DNA of 39,704 nucleotides. It comes from Escherichia phage K1F. The position numbers were made by a program, and so were the translations under genes. Shown piece after piece: positions 18,434-26,426 of this stretch. Within the stretch, counting starts at the first letter, position 1, and every line of letters starts with the position of its first letter. Where the stretch lies: sequence record NC_007456.1; one strand, given 5' to 3'. Under the pieces are notes generated by a model. The model had not been told where the DNA came from, did not search any database, and saw only the letters and a list, made by a program, of their open reading frames with translations.

Positions 18434-20002
18434 ATGGCTGAACGTGAAGGGTTCGCTGCTGAAGGCGCGAAGGCAGTTTATGATAGACTGAAGAACGGTA
18501 GACAGCCATATGAGACACGCGCTCAGAACTGTGCTGCTGTCACTATCCCGTCACTGTTTCCTAAGGAGTCAGACAACTCATCTACTGAGTATACCACTCC
18601 GTGGCAAGCTGTAGGTGCTCGCTGCTTGAACAACTTGGCTGCAAAGCTGATGCTGGCGTTATTCCCGCAGTCACCATGGATGCGACTGACAGTCTCCGAA
18701 TATGAGGCCAAGACCTTGAGTCAGGACTCAGAGGCTGCTGCTCGTGTTGACGAAGGGCTTGCTATGGTCGAGCGTGTGTTGATGGCCTACATGGAGACTA
18801 ACAGTTTCCGTGTGCCATTGTTCGAAGCTCTGAAGCAGCTTATCGTCTCCGGTAACTGTCTGCTTTACATTCCAGAGCCTGAACAGGGTACTTACAGTCC
18901 TATGCGAATGTACCGCTTAGTGTCCTACGTTGTTCAACGTGATGCTTTCGGTAATATCTTGCAGATTGTGACTATCGACAAGGTAGCGTTTAGTGCTCTA
19001 CCGGAAGACGTTAAGTCCCAACTCAACGCAGACGACTATGAGCCTGACACAGAGCTGGAAGTATATACGCACATCTACCGTCAAGACGACGAGTACCTGC
19101 GTTACGAGGAAGTGGAAGGCATTGAGGTGACAGGGACCGATGGTTCCTACCCGCTGACTGCGTGTCCATACATCCCGGTACGAATGGTTCGACTGGATGG
19201 TGAAGACTATGGTCGTTCCTACTGCGAGGAGTATCTGGGAGACCTGAACTCGCTGGAGACGATTACAGAAGCTATCACCAAAATGGCTAAGGTAGCCTCC
19301 AAGGTGGTGGGCCTCGTTAACCCGAACGGTATCACGCAACCTCGTCGTCTGAACAAGGCGGCTACAGGTGAGTTCGTTGCCGGTCGCGTTGAGGACATCA
19401 ACTTCCTGCAACTGACTAAGGGTCAGGACTTTACGATTGCCAAGTCGGTGGCTGATGCTATCGAGCAACGTTTAGGCTGGGCCTTCCTTCTTAATAGTGC
19501 TGTTCAGCGTAATGCCGAGCGAGTCACTGCTGAAGAGATTCGTTATGTTGCTGGAGAACTGGAGGCGACCTTAGGTGGCGTGTACTCAGTACAATCCCAA
19601 GAGCTTCAGTTACCTATCGTCCGTGTGCTGATGAACCAACTTCAGTCTGCTGGCATGATTCCTGACCTTCCGAAAGAAGCGGTAGAGCCTACTGTCTCCA
19701 CTGGTCTGGAAGCGTTAGGTCGTGGTCAGGACTTGGAGAAGCTAACTCAGGCGGTTAACATGATGACTGGTCTTCAGCCGCTATCTCAGGACCCGGACAT
19801 CAACTTGCCGACCCTTAAGCTACGACTCCTGAACGCTCTGGGTATCGACACCGCTGGCCTACTCCTGACGCAAGACGAGAAGATTCAGCGCATGGCTGAG
19901 CAGTCGTCTCAACAGGCAGTTGTCCAAGGTGCTAGTGCTGCTGGTGCTAACATGGGTGCTGCTGTAGGTCAGGGAGCTGGTGAGGACATGGCTCAAGCCT
20001 AA
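18434..20002 (+). CDS. 8: Portal (head-to-tail connector) protein (T7 gene 8 homolog)
   Basis: Near-collinear identity with T7 gp8 (YETRAQNCA...IPSLFPK...PWQAVGAR.LNNLA.KLMLALFP...YRL.SYVVQRDAFGN...); AAGGAGGTGA SD. Confidence 0.95.
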   Translation: MAEREGFAAEGAKAVYDRLKNGRQPYETRAQNCAAVTIPSLFPKESDNSSTEYTTPWQAVGARCLNNLAAKLMLALFPQSPWMRLTVSEYEAKTLSQDSEAAARVDEGLAMVERVLMAYMETNSFRVPLFEALKQLIVSGNCLLYIPEPEQGTYSPMRMYRLVSYVVQRDAFGNILQIVTIDKVAFSALPEDVKSQLNADDYEPDTELEVYTHIYRQDDEYLRYEEVEGIEVTGTDGSYPLTACPYIPVRMVRLDGEDYGRSYCEEYLGDLNSLETITEAITKMAKVASKVVGLVNPNGITQPRRLNKAATGEFVAGRVEDINFLQLTKGQDFTIAKSVADAIEQRLGWAFLLNSAVQRNAERVTAEEIRYVAGELEATLGGVYSVQSQELQLPIVRVLMNQLQSAGMIPDLPKEAVEPTVSTGLEALGRGQDLEKLTQAVNMMTGLQPLSQDPDINLPTLKLRLLNALGIDTAGLLLTQDEKIQRMAEQSSQQAVVQGASAAGANMGAAVGQGAGEDMAQA

Positions 20003-20020
20003 ACTATCACTATAGGAACA
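19998..20020 (+). promoter_or_regulatory. Phage RNAP promoter copy 7 (CCTAAACTATCACTATA|GGAACA)
   Basis: Consensus match; overlaps portal stop; upstream of scaffold gene. Confidence 0.75.
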
Positions 20021-20110
20021 ACACAACTTGAGTGAGTGAACGCATAGCCAGCCGTAACGGGAGGGCAGGTTGTTGTGTTTCCTATTAACGACTTAAAGGA
20101 GAATGACTTA

Positions 20111-20995
20111 ATGTCTCAATCAGTTTATGCCGAGTTCGGCGTTAGCTCTAATGCAATCACTGGTTCCGTTGAGGACCTGAACGAACACCAGAAGTCTATG
20201 CTTGAACAGGACGTAGCTGTTCGTGATGGCGATGACGCTATTACCTTCAAGCAACTGGAAGCCGAAAACGAAGAGGCGACCGAAGAAGACGAGAACGTCG
20301 AAGAGACTGAGGGTGCTGAAGACAACGAGTCCGATGACGAAGAGTCTGAGACCGATGGTGAGCAACCTGAGTTCGTCGAACTTGGTGATGCACCTAAAGA
20401 GCTGACCGAAAGTGTCACCGCTCTGGATGAAAACGAAGCTGCATTCGACGACATGGTGTCTTCTGCTGTAGAAGCTGGCAAGGTCACTGCTGATGAAATT
20501 ACCGCTATCAAGGCTGAATACGCCAAGGACGGTAAGCTGTCTGACGCATCCTACGCTAAGTTGCAGGAAGCAGGTTACACCAAGCGTTTCGTAGATTCGT
20601 TTGTCCGTGGTCAGGAAGCTCTTGCTGAACAGTATGCTGCTGGTGTGGTTCGCTACGCTGGTGGTGCTGAACAGTTTAATCGCATCCTGTCACACCTTGA
20701 GTCCAACGACCCGTCAACTCGTGAAGCACTTGAAGCTGCTATCGTTCGTAAGGACATTGCGACTACCAAGGCTCTGCTGAATCTGGCTGGCAAGACTCTG
20801 GGTAAAGCTGTGGGTGTTAAACCTCAGCGTACCATCACCACTCAGGCTAAACCTGTGGTCGCACCTAAGGCTCCTCAGACCGAAGCATTCAGCTCCAAGG
20901 CTGACATGATTAAGGCAATGAGTGACCCGCGCTACCTGCGTGACGCTAAGTACACGATGGAAGTCCGCGCTAAGGTAGCTGCCTCAAGCCTGTAG
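20111..20995 (+). CDS. 9: Capsid assembly (scaffolding) protein (T7 gene 9 homolog), acidic
   Basis: Acidic Glu/Asp-rich protein between portal and capsid; start ATG 20111 with AAAGGAGA SD (track start 20075 is upstream in frame). Confidence 0.85.
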   Translation: MSQSVYAEFGVSSNAITGSVEDLNEHQKSMLEQDVAVRDGDDAITFKQLEAENEEATEEDENVEETEGAEDNESDDEESETDGEQPEFVELGDAPKELTESVTALDENEAAFDDMVSSAVEAGKVTADEITAIKAEYAKDGKLSDASYAKLQEAGYTKRFVDSFVRGQEALAEQYAAGVVRYAGGAEQFNRILSHLESNDPSTREALEAAIVRKDIATTKALLNLAGKTLGKAVGVKPQRTITTQAKPVVAPKAPQTEAFSSKADMIKAMSDPRYLRDAKYTMEVRAKVAASSL

Positions 20996-20996
20996 G

Positions 20997-21019
20997 ACTA
21001 AACTATCACTATAGGGAGA
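20997..21019 (+). promoter_or_regulatory. Phage RNAP promoter copy 8 (ACTAAACTATCACTATA|GGGAGA), phi10 analog
   Basis: Only copy with full GGGAGA at +1 to +6; sits before major capsid gene. Confidence 0.85.
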
Positions 21020-21135
21020 CCAAGAGATGCTCTGAAATGAAGAGACTCAATGTTTCCCTATTACTTCAGTCCATACGGATTGGGCGTACAGTAAGTAATA
21101 AACTTTATCTTTCAATTGAATAGGAGAATTAGCAT

Positions 21136-22179
21136 ATGGCAAACGTTCCGGGTCAGAAAATTGGTACAGACCAAGGTAAAGGCAAATCCAGCTCCGACGC
21201 TCTTGCGTTGTTCCTGAAGGTATTTGCCGGTGAAGTCCTGACCGCATTCACTCGCCGCTCTGTAACTGCTGACAAGCATATTGTCCGTACCATTCAGAAC
21301 GGTAAGTCTGCTCAGTTCCCGGTCATGGGTCGCACCTCTGGTGTGTATCTGGCTCCGGGTGAGCGACTGTCAGATAAGCGTAAAGGTATCAAACATACCG
21401 AGAAAGTGATTACCATTGATGGTCTGCTGACTGCCGATGTGATGATTTTCGACATTGAAGACGCTATGAACCACTATGACGTGGCTGGCGAGTATTCCAA
21501 CCAGTTGGGTGAAGCTCTGGCTATCGCTGCCGATGGTGCTGTTCTGGCTGAAATGGCCATCCTGTGTAACCTCCCGGCTGCATCCAACGAGAACATTGCT
21601 GGTCTAGGCACTGCGTCCGTACTTGAAGTAGGTAAGAAAGCCGACCTCGACACCCCGGCTAAACTTGGTGAAGCAATCATCGGTCAACTGACCATTGCTC
21701 GTGCGAAGCTGACCTCTAACTACGTTCCTGCTGGCGACCGTTACTTCTACACCACGCCTGACAACTACTCTGCAATCCTCGCGGCTCTGATGCCGAACGC
21801 TGCTAACTATGCTGCGCTGATTGATCCAGAGACTGGTAACATCCGTAACGTGATGGGCTTCGTTGTTGTTGAAGTTCCGCATCTGGTACAGGGTGGTGCT
21901 GGTGAGACTCGTGGTGACGATGGCATCACTATCGCTTCCGGTCAGAAACACGCGTTCCCGGCAACTGCCTCTAGTGACGTTAAAGTTACTATGGACAACG
22001 TTGTGGGTCTGTTCTCTCACCGTTCTGCTGTGGGTACTGTGAAGCTGCGTGATTTGGCGCTGGAACGTGACCGTGACGTAGATGCTCAGGGTGACCTGAT
22101 TGTCGGTAAATACGCTATGGGCCACGGTGGTCTGCGTCCAGAAGCAGCAGGCGCACTGGTTTTCAGCCCAGCGGAGTAA
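21136..22179 (+). CDS. 10: Major capsid protein 10A (T7 gene 10 homolog), 347 aa
   Basis: Long identity blocks with T7 gp10A (ALFLKVF.GEVLTAF.R.SVT...KHTEKVITIDGLLTADV...AMNHYDV...AILAALMPNAANYAALIDPE...KYAMGHGGLRPEAAGA). Confidence 0.97.
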   Translation: MANVPGQKIGTDQGKGKSSSDALALFLKVFAGEVLTAFTRRSVTADKHIVRTIQNGKSAQFPVMGRTSGVYLAPGERLSDKRKGIKHTEKVITIDGLLTADVMIFDIEDAMNHYDVAGEYSNQLGEALAIAADGAVLAEMAILCNLPAASNENIAGLGTASVLEVGKKADLDTPAKLGEAIIGQLTIARAKLTSNYVPAGDRYFYTTPDNYSAILAALMPNAANYAALIDPETGNIRNVMGFVVVEVPHLVQGGAGETRGDDGITIASGQKHAFPATASSDVKVTMDNVVGLFSHRSAVGTVKLRDLALERDRDVDAQGDLIVGKYAMGHGGLRPEAAGALVFSPAE

Positions 22180-22310
22180 GCACTTTTAGCCAACCTAACG
22201 TCGCTACAGTAGCGGCTGCACCTGAAGAGGAGACTCTAACTCCTCAACAGAAAGCTGCGCGTACTCGTGCTGCGAACAGGGCCGATAAACTGGCTGAGTC
22301 CAACAACTAA
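21136..22310 (+). CDS. 10: Minor capsid protein 10B by predicted -1 frameshift at GGTTTTC (22158-22164), about 391 aa
   Basis: Heptamer G GTT TTC in 0 frame near 10A end; -1 frame stays open 48 codons (QPSGVSTFSQPNVATVAAAPEEETLTPQQKAARTRAANRADKLAESNN) to TAA 22308-22310, just before Tphi. Confidence 0.6.
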
Positions 22311-22313
22311 TTG

Positions 22314-22352
22314 AAACCCCTTGGGTGCCTTCGGGTGCTTGAGGGGTTTTTG
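22314..22352 (+). terminator. Tphi-like terminator (AAACCCCTTGGGTGCCTTCGGGTGCTTGAGGGGTTTTTG)
   Basis: GC-rich hairpin with U-tract; near-identical in form and position to T7 Tphi. Confidence 0.85.
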
Positions 22353-22372
22353 CTTAAAGTGAGAGGAGACTT

Positions 22373-22939
22373 ATGGCTCAATACATTCCACTGAATGCTA
22401 ACGATGACTTAGATGCCATCAACGATATGTTAGCTGCTATCGGTGAACCAGCAGTCCTACAGCTTGACGAGGGGAACGCTGACGTATCGAACGCTCAACG
22501 TATCCTGCATCGTGTCAATCGTCAGGTCCAAGCTAAAGGATGGAACTTTAACATTAATGAAGCTGCTGTCCTGACACCTGATGTCCAAGACAACAGGATT
22601 CGATTCTTGCCGTCATACCTTCGTGTAATGACCGCTGGGGCCACCAGCTACTACAGCAACATGGGTGGATACCTGTACGACCTGTCCACTCAGTCAACCA
22701 CTTTCACCGACCCTATCACGGTAGAGCTTGTGGAGATGAAGCCATTCTCCGAGATGCCTGTGGTCTTCAGGGACTACATCGTCACTAAAGCTAGCCGTGA
22801 GTTCAACGCTAAGTTCTTCGGTAGCCCAGAGTCTGAACTGTACCTTCGTGAGCAGGAAGCAGAACTCTATCAGCAGGTCATGGAATACGAGATGGATACT
22901 GGTCGCTACAACATGATGTCCGACATTGGGAGGGACTAA
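22373..22939 (+). CDS. 11: Tail tubular protein A (T7 gene 11 homolog)
   Basis: ...AINDMLAAIGEP...NA.RIL...NRQ.Q..GW.FNI.E......FSEMP..FR.YIVTKASR.FN..FFG.PE; SD GAGAGGAGA. Confidence 0.93.
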   Translation: MAQYIPLNANDDLDAINDMLAAIGEPAVLQLDEGNADVSNAQRILHRVNRQVQAKGWNFNINEAAVLTPDVQDNRIRFLPSYLRVMTAGATSYYSNMGGYLYDLSTQSTTFTDPITVELVEMKPFSEMPVVFRDYIVTKASREFNAKFFGSPESELYLREQEAELYQQVMEYEMDTGRYNMMSDIGRD

Positions 22940-25296
22940 TGCCGCTTATTACGCAAAGCATAAAAAATCTTAAGGGCGGCATTAGCCAACAGCCTGACAT
23001 CCTGAGGTTCTCAGACCAAGGCGAGGCACAGGTTAACTGCTGGTCATCCGAGAGTGATGGACTCCAGAAGCGTCCACCTACAGTCTTCAAGCGACGTCTT
23101 AACATCGACGTTGGAAGCAACCCTAAGTTCCACCTGATTAACCGTGATGAGCAGGAGCAGTATTACATCGTGTTCAATGGGTCAAACATTCAGATAGTTG
23201 ACTTGAGTGGTAATCAATACTCAGTGTCAGGTTCGGTAGACTACGTTAAGTCCTCCAACCCACGAGATGACATCCGTGTCGTTACCGTGGCAGACTATAC
23301 GTTCGTCGTTAACCGTAAGGTTGTCGTCAAAGGTGGAAGCGAGAAGTCACACTCTGGTTATAACCGCAAAGCACGAGCTTTAATTAACCTACGTGGTGGA
23401 CAGTATGGTCGAACCCTTAAGGTGGGAATCAACGGTGGCGTTAAGGTCTCGCATAAGCTACCAGCAGGTAATGATGCCGAGAATGACCCACCTAAGGTGG
23501 ACGCTCAAGCCATTGGTGCAGCTCTGAGAGACCTTCTTGTCACTGCCTACCCTACCTTCACGTTTGACCTTGGGTCTGGATTCCTGCTAATCACAGCTCC
23601 TTCAGGGACCGATATTAATTCAGTGGAGACGGAGGATGGCTACGCTAACCAGCTAATAAGCCCAGTCCTAGACACTGTGCAGACAATCTCTAAACTACCT
23701 CTTGCCGCTCCTAATGGGTATATCATTAAGATTCAAGGTGAGACAAACAGTAGCGCCGATGAATACTACGTGATGTATGACTCCAACACTAAGACGTGGA
23801 AGGAGACAGTGGAGCCGGGAGTTGTCACTGGGTTCGATAACACCACAATGCCACACGCCCTGGTACGACAATCTGATGGCTCCTTTGAGTTCAAGGCTCT
23901 GGACTGGTCTAAGCGTGGTGCTGGTAATGATGACACAAACCCTATGCCTAGCTTCGTGGATGCCACGATTAACGATGTGTTCTTCTACAGGAACAGGCTA
24001 GGGTTCTTGTCAGGCGAGAACGTAATCATGAGCCGTTCAGCCAGCTACTTTGCGTTCTTCCCTAAGAGTGTGGCGACACTGAGTGATGATGACCCTATTG
24101 ATGTAGCTGTAAGTCACCCTCGAATCTCAATCCTTAAGTATGCCGTTCCGTTTAGCGAGCAGCTACTACTTTGGTCGGATGAGGTTCAGTTCGTGATGAC
24201 AAGCTCTGGTGTCCTTACCTCGAAGTCTATCCAGCTTGATGTAGGCTCAGAGTTTGCCCTAGGTGACAATGCCAGACCGTTCGCTGTAGGACGCTCAGTC
24301 TTCTTCTCAGCTCCTCGTGGGTCATTCACCAGCATTAAGCGATACTTCGCTGTAGCTGATGTGTCTGATGTGAAGGATGCAGATGATACAACTGGTCACG
24401 TACTGTCCTACATCCCTAACGGGGTGTTTGATATTCAAGGTACAGGGACTGAGAACTACATCTGCGTCAACTCTACAGGTGCATACAACCGTATCTACAT
24501 CTACAAGTTCTTGTTTAAGGACAGCGTACAGCTTCAAGCCTCTTGGTCACACTGGGAGTTCCCTAAAGATGATAAGATTCTTGCGTCTGCTTCTATTGGC
24601 TCTACCATGTTCATCGTTCGTCAGCACCAAGGAGGGGTAGACATTGAGCACCTTAAGTTCATCAAGGAGGCAACTGACTTTCCGTCAGAGCCGTATAGAC
24701 TCCACGTTGACTCCAAGGTGTCTATGGTCATCCCAATTGGCTCGTTTAATGCTGACACATATAAGACTACGGTTGACATTGGTGCTGCTTATGGCGGTAA
24801 CGCTCCGTCTCCCGGTCGGTACTATCTGATTGACAGTCAGGGTGCTTATTTGGACCTTGGGGAATTAACCAGTATCTCTACTGTGATTACCCTCAACGGC
24901 GATTGGTCAGGACGTACAGTGTTCATCGGACGGTCCTATCTGATGTCCTACAAGTTCTCACGGTTCCTGATTAAGATTGAAGATGATAGTGGCACTCAGT
25001 CTGAAGACACTGGTCGTCTACAGCTTCGTCGGGCTTGGGTCAACTACAGGGACACTGGCGCTCTGAGACTCATTGTCAGAAACGGTGAGCGAGAGTTCGT
25101 TAACACCTTTAATGGGTACACCCTTGGTCAGCAAACCATAGGGACTACTAACATTGGTGACGGGCAGTATCGCTTCGCTATGAATGGTAACGCATTAACC
25201 ACGAGTCTAACCTTAGAGTCCGACTATCCTACCCCAGTGTCAATCGTTGGATGTGGCTGGGAGGCGTCATACGCTAAGAAAGCTCGTTCCGTCTAA
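22939..25296 (+). CDS. 12: Tail tubular protein B (T7 gene 12 homolog)
   Basis: MPLITQSIKNLKGGISQQPDILRF.DQG...NRLGFLSGENV...ILKYAVPFSE.LL.WSDE.QFV...IGRLQLRRAWVNY...IVGCGWE. Confidence 0.95.
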   Translation: MPLITQSIKNLKGGISQQPDILRFSDQGEAQVNCWSSESDGLQKRPPTVFKRRLNIDVGSNPKFHLINRDEQEQYYIVFNGSNIQIVDLSGNQYSVSGSVDYVKSSNPRDDIRVVTVADYTFVVNRKVVVKGGSEKSHSGYNRKARALINLRGGQYGRTLKVGINGGVKVSHKLPAGNDAENDPPKVDAQAIGAALRDLLVTAYPTFTFDLGSGFLLITAPSGTDINSVETEDGYANQLISPVLDTVQTISKLPLAAPNGYIIKIQGETNSSADEYYVMYDSNTKTWKETVEPGVVTGFDNTTMPHALVRQSDGSFEFKALDWSKRGAGNDDTNPMPSFVDATINDVFFYRNRLGFLSGENVIMSRSASYFAFFPKSVATLSDDDPIDVAVSHPRISILKYAVPFSEQLLLWSDEVQFVMTSSGVLTSKSIQLDVGSEFALGDNARPFAVGRSVFFSAPRGSFTSIKRYFAVADVSDVKDADDTTGHVLSYIPNGVFDIQGTGTENYICVNSTGAYNRIYIYKFLFKDSVQLQASWSHWEFPKDDKILASASIGSTMFIVRQHQGGVDIEHLKFIKEATDFPSEPYRLHVDSKVSMVIPIGSFNADTYKTTVDIGAAYGGNAPSPGRYYLIDSQGAYLDLGELTSISTVITLNGDWSGRTVFIGRSYLMSYKFSRFLIKIEDDSGTQSEDTGRLQLRRAWVNYRDTGALRLIVRNGEREFVNTFNGYTLGQQTIGTTNIGDGQYRFAMNGNALTTSLTLESDYPTPVSIVGCGWEASYAKKARSV

Positions 25297-25320
25297 CTTA
25301 TTGAAGGGCCTATAGATTTA

Positions 25321-25343
25321 CCTTAACTATCACTATAGGGACT
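25321..25343 (+). promoter_or_regulatory. Phage RNAP promoter copy 9 (CCTTAACTATCACTATA|GGGACT)
   Basis: Consensus match; upstream of gene 13. Confidence 0.75.
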
Positions 25344-25372
25344 ATAGGCCCTTAAGGTTATAAGGAGACTTT

Positions 25373-25843
25373 ATGTATATTCGCAAGGCTACGGAACCAG
25401 ATGTCCACTACTTTCTGTGGCATCTTTCAGCAGATGATGTTAATGAGTGCAAAGCAAACTATGGGTCAACCGTTGGTCTCTCTGAAAGACTGCTTAAGCA
25501 CCTATCTCCGTCATCTGTGGTTTTAACGAACGGTGTAGGCGAAGTGTTTTCCTATGGTGGAAACCAAGGTGATAACGTATGGTTCTTGACTTCCGGTCTT
25601 GTCTATAAGCTGAGACCTAAAGAGAAGCGGGAGTTCATAAAGCGTATCTCTGAGTACAGGGACTTAATGTTAGACCAATACGGGACCATCTGGAACTACG
25701 TGTGGTCAGGCAATAAGTCTCACATTAAATTCTTGAAGTTACTAGGCGCTAGGTTTCACGATGAGTGGACCACAAGTCCGGTAACTGGTGAGCGTTTTCA
25801 ACTATTCACTATCTCTAAGGAGGACGTATGTGCGAGCCAGTAA
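25373..25843 (+). CDS. Internal virion protein A-like (gene 13 position), 156 aa
   Basis: ORF with AAGGAGA SD between tail tube B and gp14 homolog; positional assignment. Confidence 0.65.
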   Translation: MYIRKATEPDVHYFLWHLSADDVNECKANYGSTVGLSERLLKHLSPSSVVLTNGVGEVFSYGGNQGDNVWFLTSGLVYKLRPKEKREFIKRISEYRDLMLDQYGTIWNYVWSGNKSHIKFLKLLGARFHDEWTTSPVTGERFQLFTISKEDVCASQ

Positions 25844-26415
25844 GTATCGGTCTAGGAATCATGGCTGTAGCAGGGGCCACTATGTCCGCATCTCAACAGG
25901 CCAAAGCTGAGGGTGCTGCTATCGACGCTCAGAACCGACAGGCTCAGGAGATGGTTAAGCAGATGAATTACTCTGACGCCAACCTAAGGATGCAGGAGCG
26001 AGACCTTAAGGAACAGCAGATGGCTGAACTGACAGAGACCACGTTAAACGGTATCCGCAATCAGGGCATGGTACGAGCTGCGGTAGCTGAGTCCGGTCTG
26101 GAAGGAAACTCTATGGACAGGATTGAACGTCAGGTAGAGGGAGATACAGTCAAGGAGAGAGCAGGGATTACCGAAAGTTACAACCGCGACTATGCGGCTA
26201 TCTTTGGGAACCGTATCGCCAACATTGAGAACACCAAGTCTGCTATCCGTGGTCAAGGTAAAATCATCAAGACTAGCCCACTGGCTCATGCACTTAATGT
26301 TGCTAACGCCGGTATGCAGGGATACGCTGCTGGTAAGTCAATCTCTGGGGCATCAAGCTCTGGTGGTTCTGCACCGATTAGTGCTGCTAAAGGCACACCT
26401 ACAGGTCATAGCTAA
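25828..26415 (+). CDS. 14: Internal virion protein B (T7 gene 14 homolog)
   Basis: Size and composition like T7 gp14 (MC start, Ala/Gln-rich, ...NSMDRIER...); AAGGAGGA SD. Confidence 0.8.
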   Translation: MCEPVSIGLGIMAVAGATMSASQQAKAEGAAIDAQNRQAQEMVKQMNYSDANLRMQERDLKEQQMAELTETTLNGIRNQGMVRAAVAESGLEGNSMDRIERQVEGDTVKERAGITESYNRDYAAIFGNRIANIENTKSAIRGQGKIIKTSPLAHALNVANAGMQGYAAGKSISGASSSGGSAPISAAKGTPTGHS

Positions 26416-26426
26416 GAGGAGGACTA

